A stretch of 61,613 bases of DNA, the filler included, from Hausera hauseri (lineage: Eukaryota): the NCBI GenBank assembly GCA_046269625.1. It is 12 parts of 12 records of this genome, joined end to end, with 100 filler letters (N's around TTAATTAATTAA, not from the genome) between each part and the next. Parts side by side here need not be neighbours in the genome. Positions count along the whole stretch, not along the records: positions 57,355 to 61,613 come from JBJURY010671884.1; 11 more parts are not named here. One strand, 5' to 3'. Below, one piece after another: positions 60,301 through 61,613 of the stretch. The translations under genes and the position numbers were made by a program. The notes beneath the pieces are model-generated. The model was not told where the DNA came from, searched no databases, and worked only from the letters and a program-made list of their open reading frames with translations. Each line of letters starts with the position of its first letter. Positions within the stretch are counted from its first letter, which is position 1.

Positions 60301-61613
60301 GGTCTTCCATGTTGTGGTCTTACGTCGTGTGGTCTTCCATGTTGTGGTCTTACATGTTGCGGCAAGTCATGGTGTGGTCTTTTATGGTGTGGTCTTCCAT
60401 GGTGTGGTCTTCCATGGTGTGGTCTTTCATGGTGTGGTCTTTCATAGTATAGTATTCCATGGTGTGGTCTTCCATGGTGTGGTCTTTCATGGTGTGGTCT
60501 TTCATAGTATAGTATTTCATGGTGTGGTCTTTCATTGTGTGGTCTTTCATGGTGTGGTCTTTCATAATATGTTCCTGCATGGTATGGCCTTCGTTGTCGG
60601 GGTCTTCCGTGGTGTGGACTTCCATGGTGTGGGCTTCCATGTCGTGGTCTTACATGGTGTGGTCTTTCATGGCGTGGTTTTTATTTGTGTGGTATTCCAT
60701 GGTGTGGTCTTCCATGATATAGTCTTTCATGGTGTGGTTTTTCATGCTGTGGTCCTCCATGGTATGGTCTTCCTTGTCGTGGTCTTAAATGGTGTGGTCT
60801 TACATGGTGTGGCCTTTTATGGTGTGGTCTTTCGTGGTGTGGACATTTATGGTATGATCTTCAATGGTGTGGTCTTCCTTGTCGTTGTCTTGCATTGTGT
60901 GGCCTTCCATGGTGTGGTCTTTCATTGTGTGGTATTCCATGATGTGTTCTTCCATGGCCTTGTCTTTCATAATGTGGTCTTCCATGGTGTGGTTTTTATG
61001 CTGTGGTCTTTCATGGTGTGGTTTTCCTTCGTGTGGTCTTTTATGACATGGTATTCCATGGTGTGGTCTTTCTTGTCGTTGTCTTGCTTGGTGTGGCCTT
61101 CCATGGTGTGGTCTTTCGTGGTGTGGTATTCCATGGTGTGTTCTTCCGTGGCCTTGTCTTCCATGGTGTGGTCTTCCATGGTGTGGTTTTTATGCTGTGG
61201 TCTTTCATGGTGTGGTTTTCCTTGGTGTGGTCTTTTATGATATGGTATTCCATTGTGTGGGCTTCCATGTCGTGGTCTTCCGTGGTGTGGTCTTTCATCG
61301 TGTGGTCTTTCATAGTATGGTCTTCCATTGTGTGGTCTTCCTTATCGTGGTCTTAAATGATGTGGTCTTCCTTGTCGTGGTTTTTCATATTGTGATCTTT
61401 CATAGGGTGGACTTCTATTTTGTGGTCTTCCATGTCTTGGTCTTTCATGTTGTTGTCTTACGTCGTGTGGACTTACATGTCGTGGTCTTACATGGTGTGG
61501 CACGTCATGGTGTGGACTTTCATGGTGTGGTCTTCCATGGTGTGGTCTTCCATGGTGTGGTCTTCCATGGTGTGGTCTTTCATGGTGTGGTCTTTCATAG
61601 TATAGTATTCCAT
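57355..61613. repeat. 15-bp tandem satellite/minisatellite, consensus CATGGTGTGGTCTTY, with higher-order duplications
   Basis: About 280 diverged units filling the whole contig; variant blocks recur (e.g. ...GCCTTCGTTGTCGGG... at ~57470, ~59402 and ~60587). Confidence 0.95.

Noticed and set aside
57791-61240. 1149-aa (HGVVF)n ORF, superficially like a pentapeptide-repeat protein, and antisense (MEDHT)n ORFs
   Set aside because: No consensus codon in the HGVVF frame (CAT GGT GTG GTC TTY) is one substitution from a stop, so a long ORF is expected without selection. Units of altered length shift the frame (~57860, ~60995), substitutions hit all codon positions, and the MEDHT frame contains stops.

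Overview
This window is not one continuous locus. It is 12 unrelated 4-9 kb contigs of an AT-rich eukaryote, probably an invertebrate, joined by 100-nt N/TTAATTAATTAA/N linkers. Almost all of it is mobile DNA. (i) Decayed Maverick/Polinton (adintovirus-like) pieces in three contigs: pPolB, rve integrase plus chromodomain, packaging ATPase, penton-like proteins, dUTPase, DEDD-like and RING genes. (ii) One Ty3/Gypsy element with intact gag and pol ORFs, a -1 gag/pol frameshift site and a PBS. (iii) An intact pogo/Tigger transposon nested in a Maverick. (iv) A mariner relic, a nicastrin gene fragment and a 15-bp satellite. The standout is a group of decayed Ty3/Gypsy retrotransposons, in at least two lineages and four contigs. 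They carry a chuvirus-like (class III, gB-type) fusion glycoprotein between gag and the protease rather than after integrase. Lesions at different positions in two copies indicate that the glycoprotein, its TM region, a linker and PR were one reading frame, which implies a Gag-X-G-PR-RT-RH-IN polyprotein. One gag-G spacer is ~1,270 codons and contains a ubiquitin-like domain and an AT-hook. One lineage also encodes extra membrane/secreted ORFs after integrase. All family assignments come from motif recognition by eye, not database searches.
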